From positions 55,320 through 119,319 of the forward strand of contig CAWKHR010000009.1 in NCBI GenBank assembly GCA_963849395.1: DNA of 64,000 nt, given 5' to 3'. The stretch comes from Candidatus Acidiferrales bacterium. Its GTDB lineage: Bacteria > Acidobacteriota > Terriglobia > Acidiferrales > UBA7541. Below, in pieces: positions 48,849-57,714 of the stretch. Below the pieces are notes generated by a model. It worked only from the letters and a program-made list of their open reading frames with translations, did not search any database and was not told where the DNA came from. Position 1 is the stretch's first letter, and each line of letters starts with the position of its first letter. The position numbers and the translations under genes are program-made.

Positions 48849-48945
48849 CACCGTCTTCCACCACCAACGCATCCCATTCACCCGCAAAGCAGTGACCCGG
48901 CCTTTTCTTCACGACGCAAAGGAAAGGGCGGGAGAGCGCTTCCCC
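48849..48945 (+). repeat. REP-C element, degenerate copy
   Basis: caccgtcttccaccaccaacgcatcccattcacccgcaaagcagtgacccggccttttcttc.. matches the left half of 44787-44900; right half diverged. Confidence 0.6.
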
Positions 48946-48969
48946 CGCGCGAATCGGATGGATTAGGTT

Positions 48970-49191
48970 TCACCAAATGGATTGACCGCGAACAGCGGCT
49001 CTGATTGTCAGAACCAAGCCCGTCACGATTCCGGCGCTTAGGAAGAACCAGAATGCCACCCAACTTGCCCGATACCAGTGGCTTCCCAAAGGCCAGCCCC
49101 CTGGTACAAAGCGGGTAGGAGGTATGATCGCCCTGAGAACGAACGCCAGTACGATGAGAATTGCGGTCACGATGGACAACGCTCTGGCCAT
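48970..49191 (-). CDS. small membrane protein (73 aa)
   Basis: ATG 49191 after ggag; MARALSIVTAILIVLAFVL.. and ..WVAFWFFLSAGIVTGLVLTI. Confidence 0.45.
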   Translation of the reverse strand: MARALSIVTAILIVLAFVLRAIIPPTRFVPGGWPLGSHWYRASWVAFWFFLSAGIVTGLVLTIRAAVRGQSIW

Positions 49192-49317
49192 AACTTTCCG
49201 CTCCTTCGCCTGCTGGGTTAATTGCAAGCAAGCGTTGTCCCCGGATTCCTATGAGGTTCTCTCGGGCAGCATGTCTGGGGACTGGTTAATGCCCAAACTC
49301 GGACGTATCATATCCAC

Positions 49318-49581
49318 ATGTTGAAGAGAGATCTCCCCGTTACGCATTGCACCCAATGCGGGGGCGCAGGTTACAACAGTAAAGTGACCGACCGTCGTTG
49401 TTGTAAAAGCAACGCCGGAGAACGCTGCATCGGCACTAACGCAAGTGCCTCCAACCGTGCCGATTGGGAAGATTGTTCCCATTGTGAAGCGACCGGATAT
49501 TACCGCAATAAAGACTGCCCGCAATGCCAAGGTGTCGGCTATCTTTTCGTGCGCCCGACAGAAAAACAATCTGTCGCTTAG
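49318..49581 (+). CDS. Cys-rich mini-protein with DnaJ-type CxxCxGxG zinc-finger motifs
   Basis: CTQCGGAG, CSHCEATG, CPQCQGVG plus extra Cys (RRCCKSNAGERC). Confidence 0.55.
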   Translation: MLKRDLPVTHCTQCGGAGYNSKVTDRRCCKSNAGERCIGTNASASNRADWEDCSHCEATGYYRNKDCPQCQGVGYLFVRPTEKQSVA

Positions 49582-49639
49582 GCGAAATTCCTCCTGCCAG
49601 TACCAAAGTTACCGGTTACCGCTGGAGTTGAGATTCTTT

Positions 49640-50398
49640 TTAATATTTCGACAGTGTTAGCACCCAACCTGCGAATGCGTGCCACGCGTCAGTCTTGCCG
49701 ATTGGTATCCGTATCTGTTGGACGAAGATGAGGAACGCCCCTGCGCAGATCGTAGCGCGATGGACTTTGCGGATGGACCAAAGATCGTAGGCAACAAGGA
49801 TTATCAGGAAAATATAAGACGCTAGCGCTGCCATCATCGGCTTTCTATGAACGATGGTGTACGGCCAGCGCGCGAGTGCCGCAATCAATAGCGCTGTGGT
49901 GGCAACAAGGATTAGACGCTTGTGCGCTGCGGGATTTGAGCGGGCACGGAACGCGAAGAAAACGAGCGTCGCAAAAATAAGCATGTCCGTCATGGGAATC
50001 ACGTAGAAGAATTTTGCGTCAAGCCCCGAAGGACCGGTTCCGCGACCAAGCGAATCCGTTGCTGCCAAAACGCCGAGCATCACCATGAAACACGCCAGAA
50101 TGAAGCCAGCAATTCCGAGGCGACGATGGATGTTCACGCGGCCAGCGGCGACGAGGGAAGTCTGTGTGACGAGCAAAAGAATCCAGCACGAAAATGCAGC
50201 CCCATGCAGGTGAATGATCAGGCTCGGCAACGGCGCACCGAAGATTCCAGCGAGATAATAACTGTGCGCAAAGCCGACGAACACGGTACAAAGCATCAGC
50301 AGCGCCACCGACGAAAAGAAAAGATGATCGTAACGACATCTGGGCACGGCGCTCAAAAGCCTCGGCGGAGTGCTTGGACGGGCTACGACTGTGGCCAT
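49640..50398 (-). CDS. polytopic membrane protein (252 aa)
   Basis: Six or seven hydrophobic helices; no family recognised. Confidence 0.6.
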   Translation of the reverse strand: MATVVARPSTPPRLLSAVPRCRYDHLFFSSVALLMLCTVFVGFAHSYYLAGIFGAPLPSLIIHLHGAAFSCWILLLVTQTSLVAAGRVNIHRRLGIAGFILACFMVMLGVLAATDSLGRGTGPSGLDAKFFYVIPMTDMLIFATLVFFAFRARSNPAAHKRLILVATTALLIAALARWPYTIVHRKPMMAALASYIFLIILVAYDLWSIRKVHRATICAGAFLIFVQQIRIPIGKTDAWHAFAGWVLTLSKY

Positions 50399-50689
50399 GG
50401 AACCTCGTTGACCGCCCAGTGTTTTGTTCGAGTTTTCTTGCGACTCTCTGGGGAATGGCGCCAGTGTAGGCTAAGTTCATTGCGGATAGCTACCAAATAA
50501 GGATTGGCGCTGAACCAATTCATTGTCGCGTAGATACTCATATGGGCGGAAAAGTAGTGAATTCCTAACACGTCTGGTTAGCGGAGATGTGGCTACTATG
50601 AGCCATTCTTCCGATTTTCGAAATGCTTCCTAAGGGCGCGGGTAGCCGAACGCTCATACTTAGAGTTAGCGAAGCCTTTGAATCCAGAC

Positions 50690-51997
50690 CTACTGATCGT
50701 TTTGATCGTCACCTACCGCGTGCATGGCGTGCCTCGCGACGAAATTCGCCACGTTCCTGCCCAGCGTGTTGCCAAGGTTGCATGAAGTTCGGAAATGAAT
50801 GCCACCGAAGACGCGGGCGTCGGCAATTTCCGAAACGGCGCTGGGGAAACTGGAGAACGAACGAGTACCCGGACGCGATTCGGATGTAACGGTGAAGGAG
50901 GTGTTGTCCCCGAAAATGGAGCCGAGGATGAACGCCGCCGAGCCGCTGATCGAGGCGTGGGCTGAGGGATATTCCGGAAATGCAGGAGTGCCGGGTTTGA
51001 AGAAGTCCAGCCAAGGCTCCCATGTGGGGTCGGCGTCGGTCGGAGTAAGGCCTTGCCGGATCGCTGTAATCGGCCGCCAGAAGCTGTACCGGTATTTGGA
51101 ATCCCAGCAGGCGATCACGGCGTCTGCCATGGTGACATTCAACAAAGCAAACAGGTGGACATTCTCGTGGAATGACAGGCCGCGCTCGATAGAAATCTGA
51201 GCGGCGACTCGGTTCCAGGTCAGCGGTGTATTGCTTTGCCAAAAAAGCGCGAGTTCGGACTGATCGGCCGTCCGCGGAGAGTCGGAGAATGCGCCCATAG
51301 TTTTCGTTTCGTTCAGGTCCGCCGCGTACTGCGCGCTGTTCAGGAGGTAAGGGGGTGGCAGACGGAACTGCGACGCTCGCAGGAGCACCCAGGGAGTCAT
51401 TGTTGCGAGCTGAGTCCCGGCTCCCGGTGCATTGAGCGGAGGGGTGGGAAGCCAGTAACCGATGGCGGCGGGAGTTCCGGCGATGGCGAGGACACCTTCA
51501 AAGGGCGCAGGAGGCGGCGCGAAACCGTCCGTTTGTCTCCAGACCCAGATGGCATTGGCGACGGTTTGCCCCCAAGCGACGCCGTCTGATATCGATTGCG
51601 CGCTTTCGGTTAGAGCAAGCGACGCCAGCGAAGCCTTCACCTGCGTGGCGAGCGCCGAGGCCTGCATCGGGTTCGGGTATGCGTCCGCCAGGATCACATA
51701 CGCGGCTTCAATGGCTGCCGCCCGTGACGATGCGCCGTCGGGCGCGTTCGGTGGCACATGGATTGGCCGGTAGCGCGGATCAATACCGTTGACGGCATCG
51801 AAAACCGAGGCCGATACCATTGCGGCTGTGCGAGAGGTAAAAAACGGGGGAGTACCGGCCGCAAGTGCCGTGTCGTTCATGATCTTGATCCACTCCAACA
51901 CTGGATCGGGCGAGGCTGCGGCAGATGGGCTAGGCGTCGCCGAAATGCCGGTGAGCAGTAGAGCGCAAACTGAGATAATTCGAGAGAGCTTTTTCAT
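50690..51997 (-). CDS. PAP2-superfamily protein, vanadium-dependent haloperoxidase-like
   Basis: Signal peptide MKKLSRIISVCALLLTGISA; ..YRYSFWRPITAIR..PEYPSAHASISGSAA..ARVFGGIHFRTS (KxxxxxxRP / PSGH / SRxxxxxHxxxD-type motifs). Confidence 0.8.
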   Translation of the reverse strand: MKKLSRIISVCALLLTGISATPSPSAAASPDPVLEWIKIMNDTALAAGTPPFFTSRTAAMVSASVFDAVNGIDPRYRPIHVPPNAPDGASSRAAAIEAAYVILADAYPNPMQASALATQVKASLASLALTESAQSISDGVAWGQTVANAIWVWRQTDGFAPPPAPFEGVLAIAGTPAAIGYWLPTPPLNAPGAGTQLATMTPWVLLRASQFRLPPPYLLNSAQYAADLNETKTMGAFSDSPRTADQSELALFWQSNTPLTWNRVAAQISIERGLSFHENVHLFALLNVTMADAVIACWDSKYRYSFWRPITAIRQGLTPTDADPTWEPWLDFFKPGTPAFPEYPSAHASISGSAAFILGSIFGDNTSFTVTSESRPGTRSFSSFPSAVSEIADARVFGGIHFRTSCNLGNTLGRNVANFVARHAMHAVGDDQNDQ

Positions 51998-52206
51998 GGG
52001 ATCCCTCCTTTGGGAGTAGCGCGACTTTTGAGCGGGCGGGCCGAAGAGTCAATGGACTGCGGCTGGACTGTTGCCGGATTTTTGCTGGACAGATAAGCCG
52101 TCTCGAGAGAAGAACTTAGAGGAACAATTCACGCTTGGGAGCCGCGAAACGGAATTGCGATGGTTGGGACTAAGCCTTATAGTGCTGCCTACCAACGGAG
52201 GCGCAT

Positions 52207-54225
52207 TTGGCAGCGAATGCTCAACCTTCCCACCGCTTGCGTTTCGATGAATTCGAGATCGACTTGCAATCCGCCGAGCTATGGGTGCACGGCAACCGGA
52301 CTAGGCTCCAGGACCAGCCGTTCCAGGTACTTCGAGTCCTGCTGGAACGGCGCGGCGAAATTGTTACTCGGGAACAACTCAAGCGGAAGCTGTGGCCGGC
52401 AGATACGTTCGTGGATTTTGACGACGGGCTGAACACGGCTGTCAGAAAGATCCGCGACGCGCTGGGAGATTCGGCGGAGAAACCTCGCTATATCGAGACC
52501 ATTCCCAGGCGCGGCTACCGCTTCGTAGGGCGGCTGGCCGATGTTGCGCCCGCGATTCTTCCTTCGCCGGTGGAAGGGTCGAAAGGAAGCGTCGAGCCGG
52601 AGAAAACGAATGTAGCTGCTTCTAGCTATGCCGCCGCGGCAAACCAAAAGACTTTCTTTTCAAGGTACCGCAGGGTTTTGCTCGCGGCAGTAGTCGCGTT
52701 GGCAGCGATCTCTGTCGCTTTGGCGCTCTACCGCGGCAGTGCCAAGGGCGCAAAGCAACCGCCTATCCGGTCGCTAGCAGTGCTGCCTTTGAAGAACCTC
52801 TCTGGCGATCCAACGCAGGAATACCTCGCAGACGGACTGACCGAAGGCCTCATCGGACGTCTCTCTGGAATCCATAACCTGCGCGTCATCTCTCGCACTT
52901 CCGTGATGCGCTTAAAGGACACACACTTATCGGTACCGGAGATCGGCAAAACCCTTCAGGTTGACGCCATCGTCGAAGGCTCCGTAATCCGTGACGGCAG
53001 CCGCATCCGCGTTCACGCTCAGTTGATTCGCGCCGCAACCGACGAGCACTTCTGGTCGGAGGCTTACGATCGCGAACTGCGCGACGTGCTCAGCCTACAG
53101 AGCGATGTTGCGCAATCCATCGCGCGAAAAGTAGAGGTCACGATCACCGGAGAGGAACACGCGAGTCTTAGCTCCGCGCGTACAGTAGACCCGGAAGCGT
53201 ACGAAGCCTACTTGAAAGGCCGCTATTACTGGAACAAGCGGACCGCCGAGAGTATGCCCAAAGCGGCGCTTTATTTCGAACAAGCAATAAGCAAAGACCC
53301 GGGCTACGGCGCCGCTTACTCGGGATTAGCCGATTGCAACAGTGGACTGGCCTGGCATGGGTTTATGTCCCCGGCGGAGGTGCTTCCGGAGGCATACGCA
53401 GCAGCTCAAAAGGCGGTTGAAATCGATCCGCAATCTGCTGAGGCTCACGCCTCACTAGCTCTGGTTCTTGATCACAAATGGGATTGGCCTGCAGCGGAGG
53501 TTGAGTTCAAGCGCGCATTGGAGTTGAACCCTCAATACGCCAACGCGCACCACTGGTACGGCGATTATCTGTCGATCCAGGGTCGGCATGACGAAGCTCT
53601 GGTTGAGGCCAAACGCGCACTCGAACTCGATTCGCTAAATCTCATGATCGGGACTTGGGTCGGTTTGCGCTACTACCTCGCGCGCAAATATGACGGCGCA
53701 ATCGAGCAAAGCCGGAACACGGTCGACTTAGATCCGAACTTTGCAGCCGCCCACCTCATCCTCGGCGAAAGCTACGTACAGCAGGGGAAGCACAAGGAAG
53801 GTCTCGATGAGCTGCAGAAAGCCGCCGATCTGTCCGGAGATAGCCCACTTTACATGGCCCAAGTCGGAGTGAGCCTAGGTCTGGCCGGAGAAAAAAAGGA
53901 AGCTCTTCGCGTCATTCGTGAGCTGCAAGTCATTTCTGGCAAACGTTATGTTTCACCTTACGGTGTGGCGCAGATCTACTCCACTCTGAATGATAAAGAG
54001 CAGACCTACAAATGGCTTGAGGTTGCCTTTCGTGATCGTGATGTCTGGATGTCGTATCTCGCCGTGGATCCGGTGTTTGATTCGATACGCTCGGAAACCC
54101 GCTTCCGGGATTTGCTTCGCCGCGTCGGTTTGCCAAAAGCTGGGAACATCATGGGAACAGTAGCTGCTCCAGCTTTGCAAGCGTCCCCGGTTTCCCCGGG
54201 CGCTACAAAGTCGGATAACCGGTAA
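52207..54225 (+). CDS. CadC/OmpR-type winged-helix regulator with TM, TolB-like linker and TPR domain
   Basis: RFDEFEIDLQSAELWVHGNRTRLQDQPFQVLRVLLERRGEIVTREQL..IETIPRRGYRFVG; TM LLAAVVALAAISVALALY; multiple TPR-like repeats; TTG start. Confidence 0.8.
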   Translation: MAANAQPSHRLRFDEFEIDLQSAELWVHGNRTRLQDQPFQVLRVLLERRGEIVTREQLKRKLWPADTFVDFDDGLNTAVRKIRDALGDSAEKPRYIETIPRRGYRFVGRLADVAPAILPSPVEGSKGSVEPEKTNVAASSYAAAANQKTFFSRYRRVLLAAVVALAAISVALALYRGSAKGAKQPPIRSLAVLPLKNLSGDPTQEYLADGLTEGLIGRLSGIHNLRVISRTSVMRLKDTHLSVPEIGKTLQVDAIVEGSVIRDGSRIRVHAQLIRAATDEHFWSEAYDRELRDVLSLQSDVAQSIARKVEVTITGEEHASLSSARTVDPEAYEAYLKGRYYWNKRTAESMPKAALYFEQAISKDPGYGAAYSGLADCNSGLAWHGFMSPAEVLPEAYAAAQKAVEIDPQSAEAHASLALVLDHKWDWPAAEVEFKRALELNPQYANAHHWYGDYLSIQGRHDEALVEAKRALELDSLNLMIGTWVGLRYYLARKYDGAIEQSRNTVDLDPNFAAAHLILGESYVQQGKHKEGLDELQKAADLSGDSPLYMAQVGVSLGLAGEKKEALRVIRELQVISGKRYVSPYGVAQIYSTLNDKEQTYKWLEVAFRDRDVWMSYLAVDPVFDSIRSETRFRDLLRRVGLPKAGNIMGTVAAPALQASPVSPGATKSDNR

Positions 54226-54326
54226 CTTAGCTTGACTTTACCCGTTGCTGCGTTTACTAGGACTTTGTGTCGCAGGAAACTCGGGCGGAAACTCGAGGAC
54301 ACGGGCGTTTTCAATTCTCGAATCTT

Positions 54327-54354
54327 TATTTTCTATTTTCTATTTTCCATCTTC
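54327..54354 (+). repeat. A/T-rich heptamer run (TATTTTC x3) ending in TTTTCCATCTTC
   Basis: tattttc tattttc tattttc catcttc; related to the TTTTCCATTTTC 12-mers at 61201-61254. Confidence 0.7.
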
Positions 54355-55583
54355 ACTGCCTCACTCAGCGCGCCAACGTCCCAACCCAAACTCATCTGCG
54401 CTTGTCGCGCTTTCGGTCTCATCCCTTCCCACGGGCGCGAGCCGAATCCGAATTTCTGCCTGATGCGCAGCACCCGCTCTGACGCCTTCTTCCGATACTC
54501 CTCCGGCGGGTAGGCATTCCTCCCGTACCACTCCTCATACTGCTTCGCCAGCTTGGGAAATTTCTCGCGCACAAATGGCAGAAACTGTTTCGCCGACGCC
54601 GGCATCAAGAACAACACGCCCGAAAAGAACCACTGCGCCCCAGCTTCCTTCGCCGCAGCAGCCACCGCTTCCAATTCCCCTTCGCCATCCGTAATTCCCG
54701 GCACCAGCGGCGACGCCGATACGCCTACATTCAATCCCGCCTCGCGCAATTCCCGCACCGCCTTCAATCGCAAATCCGGACGCGGCGCACGAGGCTCCAG
54801 CAATCGCGCCAGTCGCGGCTTCAAAGTAGTAATCGTAATGTTCAGAGACAGCGCCGACTTCCCCGCAATCACCTTTAAAATATCAATGTCGCGCACAATC
54901 TGATTCGACTTGGTAATCACCGACACGCTCAGCCCTTCGCGTTTCGCCAGCTCCTCCAAACACGCCCGCGTCACGCCATATTCCTTCTCCGCAGGCTGAT
55001 ACGGATCCGTCGCCGTCCCAATCGCAATATGCTCCGCCTCCTTGTATCCCGACGCCTTCGACTCATACGAATATTTCGCCGACACATCGCGCTGCAGCAG
55101 CGCCGCCGCATCCTGCTTCACGAAAATCTTCTTCTCGAATTCTCCGCCGTCAATTTCCATGTACTCGTGGGTGTACCGCGCGTAGCAATATTTGCAGGCG
55201 AATTCGCAGCCGCGATACGGATTAACCGTCCACTCAAACGGCACGCGCGCCGAATCGCAGCGGTTCAAGATCGATTTCACCGGCAACAAAAAATACTCTG
55301 GCTTTTCTTCCGACTTGCGCTTCGTTTCCGCCGCAGGCGATTTCGCGGCGAGGCGAGCTATGCCCACCAGTGGCGCATGAGGAGTCTGGATCGTGGGCGG
55401 GGGGCAATCCGCCGTGGGACTTTCCAGACTTCCCTTGCACCAGCCGGCTTCGCTCTGGGCAAGAGCACCGGCCTCTGGTTTTGGCTCATCAGGGCTAAAA
55501 GGTAGGAAAGAAACAGCGGGGCGTCGAACGGGGCGACGGCGCACGGTGAAACGCGACGTCGTAAGGGGTAGAACTGGGGACAT
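54333..55583 (-). CDS. radical SAM protein (PA0069/SplB-like)
   Basis: NPYRGCEFACKYCYARYTHEYM (CxxxCxxC); TIM-barrel-like remainder; N-terminal start uncertain. Confidence 0.8.
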   Translation of the reverse strand: MSPVLPLTTSRFTVRRRPVRRPAVSFLPFSPDEPKPEAGALAQSEAGWCKGSLESPTADCPPPTIQTPHAPLVGIARLAAKSPAAETKRKSEEKPEYFLLPVKSILNRCDSARVPFEWTVNPYRGCEFACKYCYARYTHEYMEIDGGEFEKKIFVKQDAAALLQRDVSAKYSYESKASGYKEAEHIAIGTATDPYQPAEKEYGVTRACLEELAKREGLSVSVITKSNQIVRDIDILKVIAGKSALSLNITITTLKPRLARLLEPRAPRPDLRLKAVRELREAGLNVGVSASPLVPGITDGEGELEAVAAAAKEAGAQWFFSGVLFLMPASAKQFLPFVREKFPKLAKQYEEWYGRNAYPPEEYRKKASERVLRIRQKFGFGSRPWEGMRPKARQAQMSLGWDVGALSEAVKMENRK

Positions 55584-55764
55584 AGGTCACCTCGAAGCGT
55601 TCTCAGTATTTCGCTTTTTGTTCGCCATGTCAACTATTTTCTCGCGCCCACCTCTTTCTTTTCGCGCCCCTGTCTATCCGTCACATTTAGCGACGCTTCC
55701 CCGCATCGCCCCGTCCGCACTTGCGTCCACCGCTTCCCCTCTGTTCTAATTTCGTGCGCACCGC

Positions 55765-57390
55765 GTGGCTGCTTCTTACCGCAACGCTGCCCAGATCAGC
55801 CCGCGCGCATCTCACCTGCTGGAGAAGTCGAAAGTCGTAATCATTCTGAGGACACTCTTCGTGCGCGCTGCTCTTTCAACAATTTTCATCAACTCTCGTA
55901 AGCTTCCCCGCCTCAGCAAAATTGCAGCAACCGCAGCCGCATTCGCCTTAGCACTCTCCACCGCAGCCGTAACGACCAGCGTCCTCTTCGCGCAAACGCC
56001 GACTCCCGCTCCCGCGCAATCTCCCACGCAAACACAAAAGCCGGCTCCCAAACCCGCCGCGCCCGGGGCCGCCACCACGCCCCAAATCGCCACATCTCCC
56101 GAAGTGCAAGCGCCCGCCTCGAAGCATTACCCCATCCTGGTCATCGCCCATGGCACCGAGCCATTCTGGAGTCTGCGCCTCGGCATGAAGGGTCCCGAGC
56201 GCCTCGATCGCGTCGGCTATCCGGAAATGGCGCTCGATCCCGCAGACATTATCCCCGACGATTCCGGCGGCGCCTGGACTTACCACGCCAAAGATTCCGC
56301 GGCCAACGCCGACGTCACCGTCAAACTCGCGCGCGATCCTTGCTCCGACAACATGTCCGACACCAAGTACACCTTCACCGTAGTTATCGAACATTCTGAG
56401 CTCGGCATCCTGAAAGGATGCGGCCAGAGCGAGCCCGACAAGTTCCCCGAATTCCGCAAAAAGAATCGCCTCGACGACACTGAGCCGCTGGACACCACGC
56501 CCGCCGGCAAAGACAAAGATAAGGACAAGGACAAAAAGTCCGTCCTCGATCCCATCACCAAATTTTCGCCGCCCGTCGCGGTGGCGTACATTGACGCCAC
56601 CGGCAAAATCATCGTCAGCCACGGCCAGCTCAAAAAAGTTGCTGCGCCTTCCGGCCAGGAGCCCGCGCTCTCGCACGACGGCAAAAAGCTGCTGTACACC
56701 CGCTCTGATTCCAAGACCGGCCCGGAGCGCAGCATCGTCCTCTACGATTTCGATTCCGGCCACTCCCGCGATCTGGTTACCGGCAACGCGCGCCAGGCTT
56801 TCTGGTCGCCCGACGATTCCCGCGTCGCCTTCCTGAAATTCGATACCGCCAGCAATCAATGGCAACTCTGGACGCTTCCGCTCAACGCCCCGGAAAAAGC
56901 TGCCGCGGTCGCGCCGCAAAATTTCGATGCGCTGCATGGCTGGGTTTCGCCCACCACGTTGCTGGTCACCGACAAGCAAAACGCCTACTGGCTGGGCGAC
57001 GATGGCAAGCCGCAACAAACCGTGCCGCTCAAAGATATTTACGGCTCCACGTTCGACATCATGAGCAGCGACACGATTCGCAGCCATCCGCTGAATCCCG
57101 ATTTGCTGCTGGTCTCCGCGTATTACCTCAACACGCCACCCGGCGCGCCCACCGATTCCGTCAGCCTCAACAGCACATTTTTTCTGTACGAAGTGCGTGG
57201 CAAGCGCCGCGTCATTCTCGGCCCCACCGACAGCTTCTCGCGCGATGCCGAATGGTCGCGCGACGGCTTGCAGATTTATTTCACGCGCGGCGTCCCCGGC
57301 AAAATCCCCCTGGCCATCAATCGCATCTTCTGGGACGGCTCCGTCCTCCGCCGCTACCTCCCCGGCTCCGACCTAGTCGTCGGCAAGTAA
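55765..57390 (+). CDS. secreted protein: GxEPFW-type (COG3650-like) N-terminal domain plus TolB-like propeller
   Basis: Signal-like IAATAAAFALALSTAAVTTSVLFAQ; ..VIAHGTEPFWSLRLG..; repeats ALSHDGKKLLYTR, FWSPDDSRVAFLKF, AEWSRDGLQIYFTR; start codon uncertain. Confidence 0.65.
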   Translation: MAASYRNAAQISPRASHLLEKSKVVIILRTLFVRAALSTIFINSRKLPRLSKIAATAAAFALALSTAAVTTSVLFAQTPTPAPAQSPTQTQKPAPKPAAPGAATTPQIATSPEVQAPASKHYPILVIAHGTEPFWSLRLGMKGPERLDRVGYPEMALDPADIIPDDSGGAWTYHAKDSAANADVTVKLARDPCSDNMSDTKYTFTVVIEHSELGILKGCGQSEPDKFPEFRKKNRLDDTEPLDTTPAGKDKDKDKDKKSVLDPITKFSPPVAVAYIDATGKIIVSHGQLKKVAAPSGQEPALSHDGKKLLYTRSDSKTGPERSIVLYDFDSGHSRDLVTGNARQAFWSPDDSRVAFLKFDTASNQWQLWTLPLNAPEKAAAVAPQNFDALHGWVSPTTLLVTDKQNAYWLGDDGKPQQTVPLKDIYGSTFDIMSSDTIRSHPLNPDLLLVSAYYLNTPPGAPTDSVSLNSTFFLYEVRGKRRVILGPTDSFSRDAEWSRDGLQIYFTRGVPGKIPLAINRIFWDGSVLRRYLPGSDLVVGK

Positions 57391-57419
57391 GTCCGCACCC
57401 GGTACGACTCACAATTCCT

Positions 57420-57450
57420 CTGTAGCGGCTACCTTCAGGTAGCCACCTCC
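57420..57450 (+). repeat. REP-A element (third stem variant)
   Basis: ctgtagc GGCTACCttcaGGTAGCC acctcc, 30 nt after the stop at 57390. Confidence 0.75.
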
Positions 57451-57490
57451 GGCGCAGAGCCACATTTGCGCCAGCATTCTCCTTCCCTGT

Positions 57491-57549
57491 CTCTAGCACC
57501 GGTGATTTCAACCGGTGCATGCGGGCGCTTTTTGTCCGCATGATAAACG
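57491..57549 (+). repeat. REP-D: 59-nt double-hairpin repeat, left copy
   Basis: ctctagCACCGGTgatttcaACCGGTGcaTGCGGGCgctttttGTCCGCAtgataaacg; 52/59 identical (ungapped, my count) to the reverse complement of 62463-62521. Confidence 0.85.
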
Positions 57550-57714
57550 GTTGCCGCGTCTGAAGACTAAGCGTCTCGAAAGAAATAAGGCACGGTCGAG
57601 CAGTTCGGAAGCAATTCTCGAAGTTTCGTTCATACGAAGTGGAGGAGATAACGTTATAATGCTATAAATTAACTGTTGCTGAACCACTGCTCCAGGAAAT
57701 CGGTAAATCTAGCC

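Noticed and set aside
55948-57087. 379-aa ORF on the - strand
   Set aside because: It is antisense to 55765..57390. Gly/Arg/Ala-rich shadow composition with no motifs.
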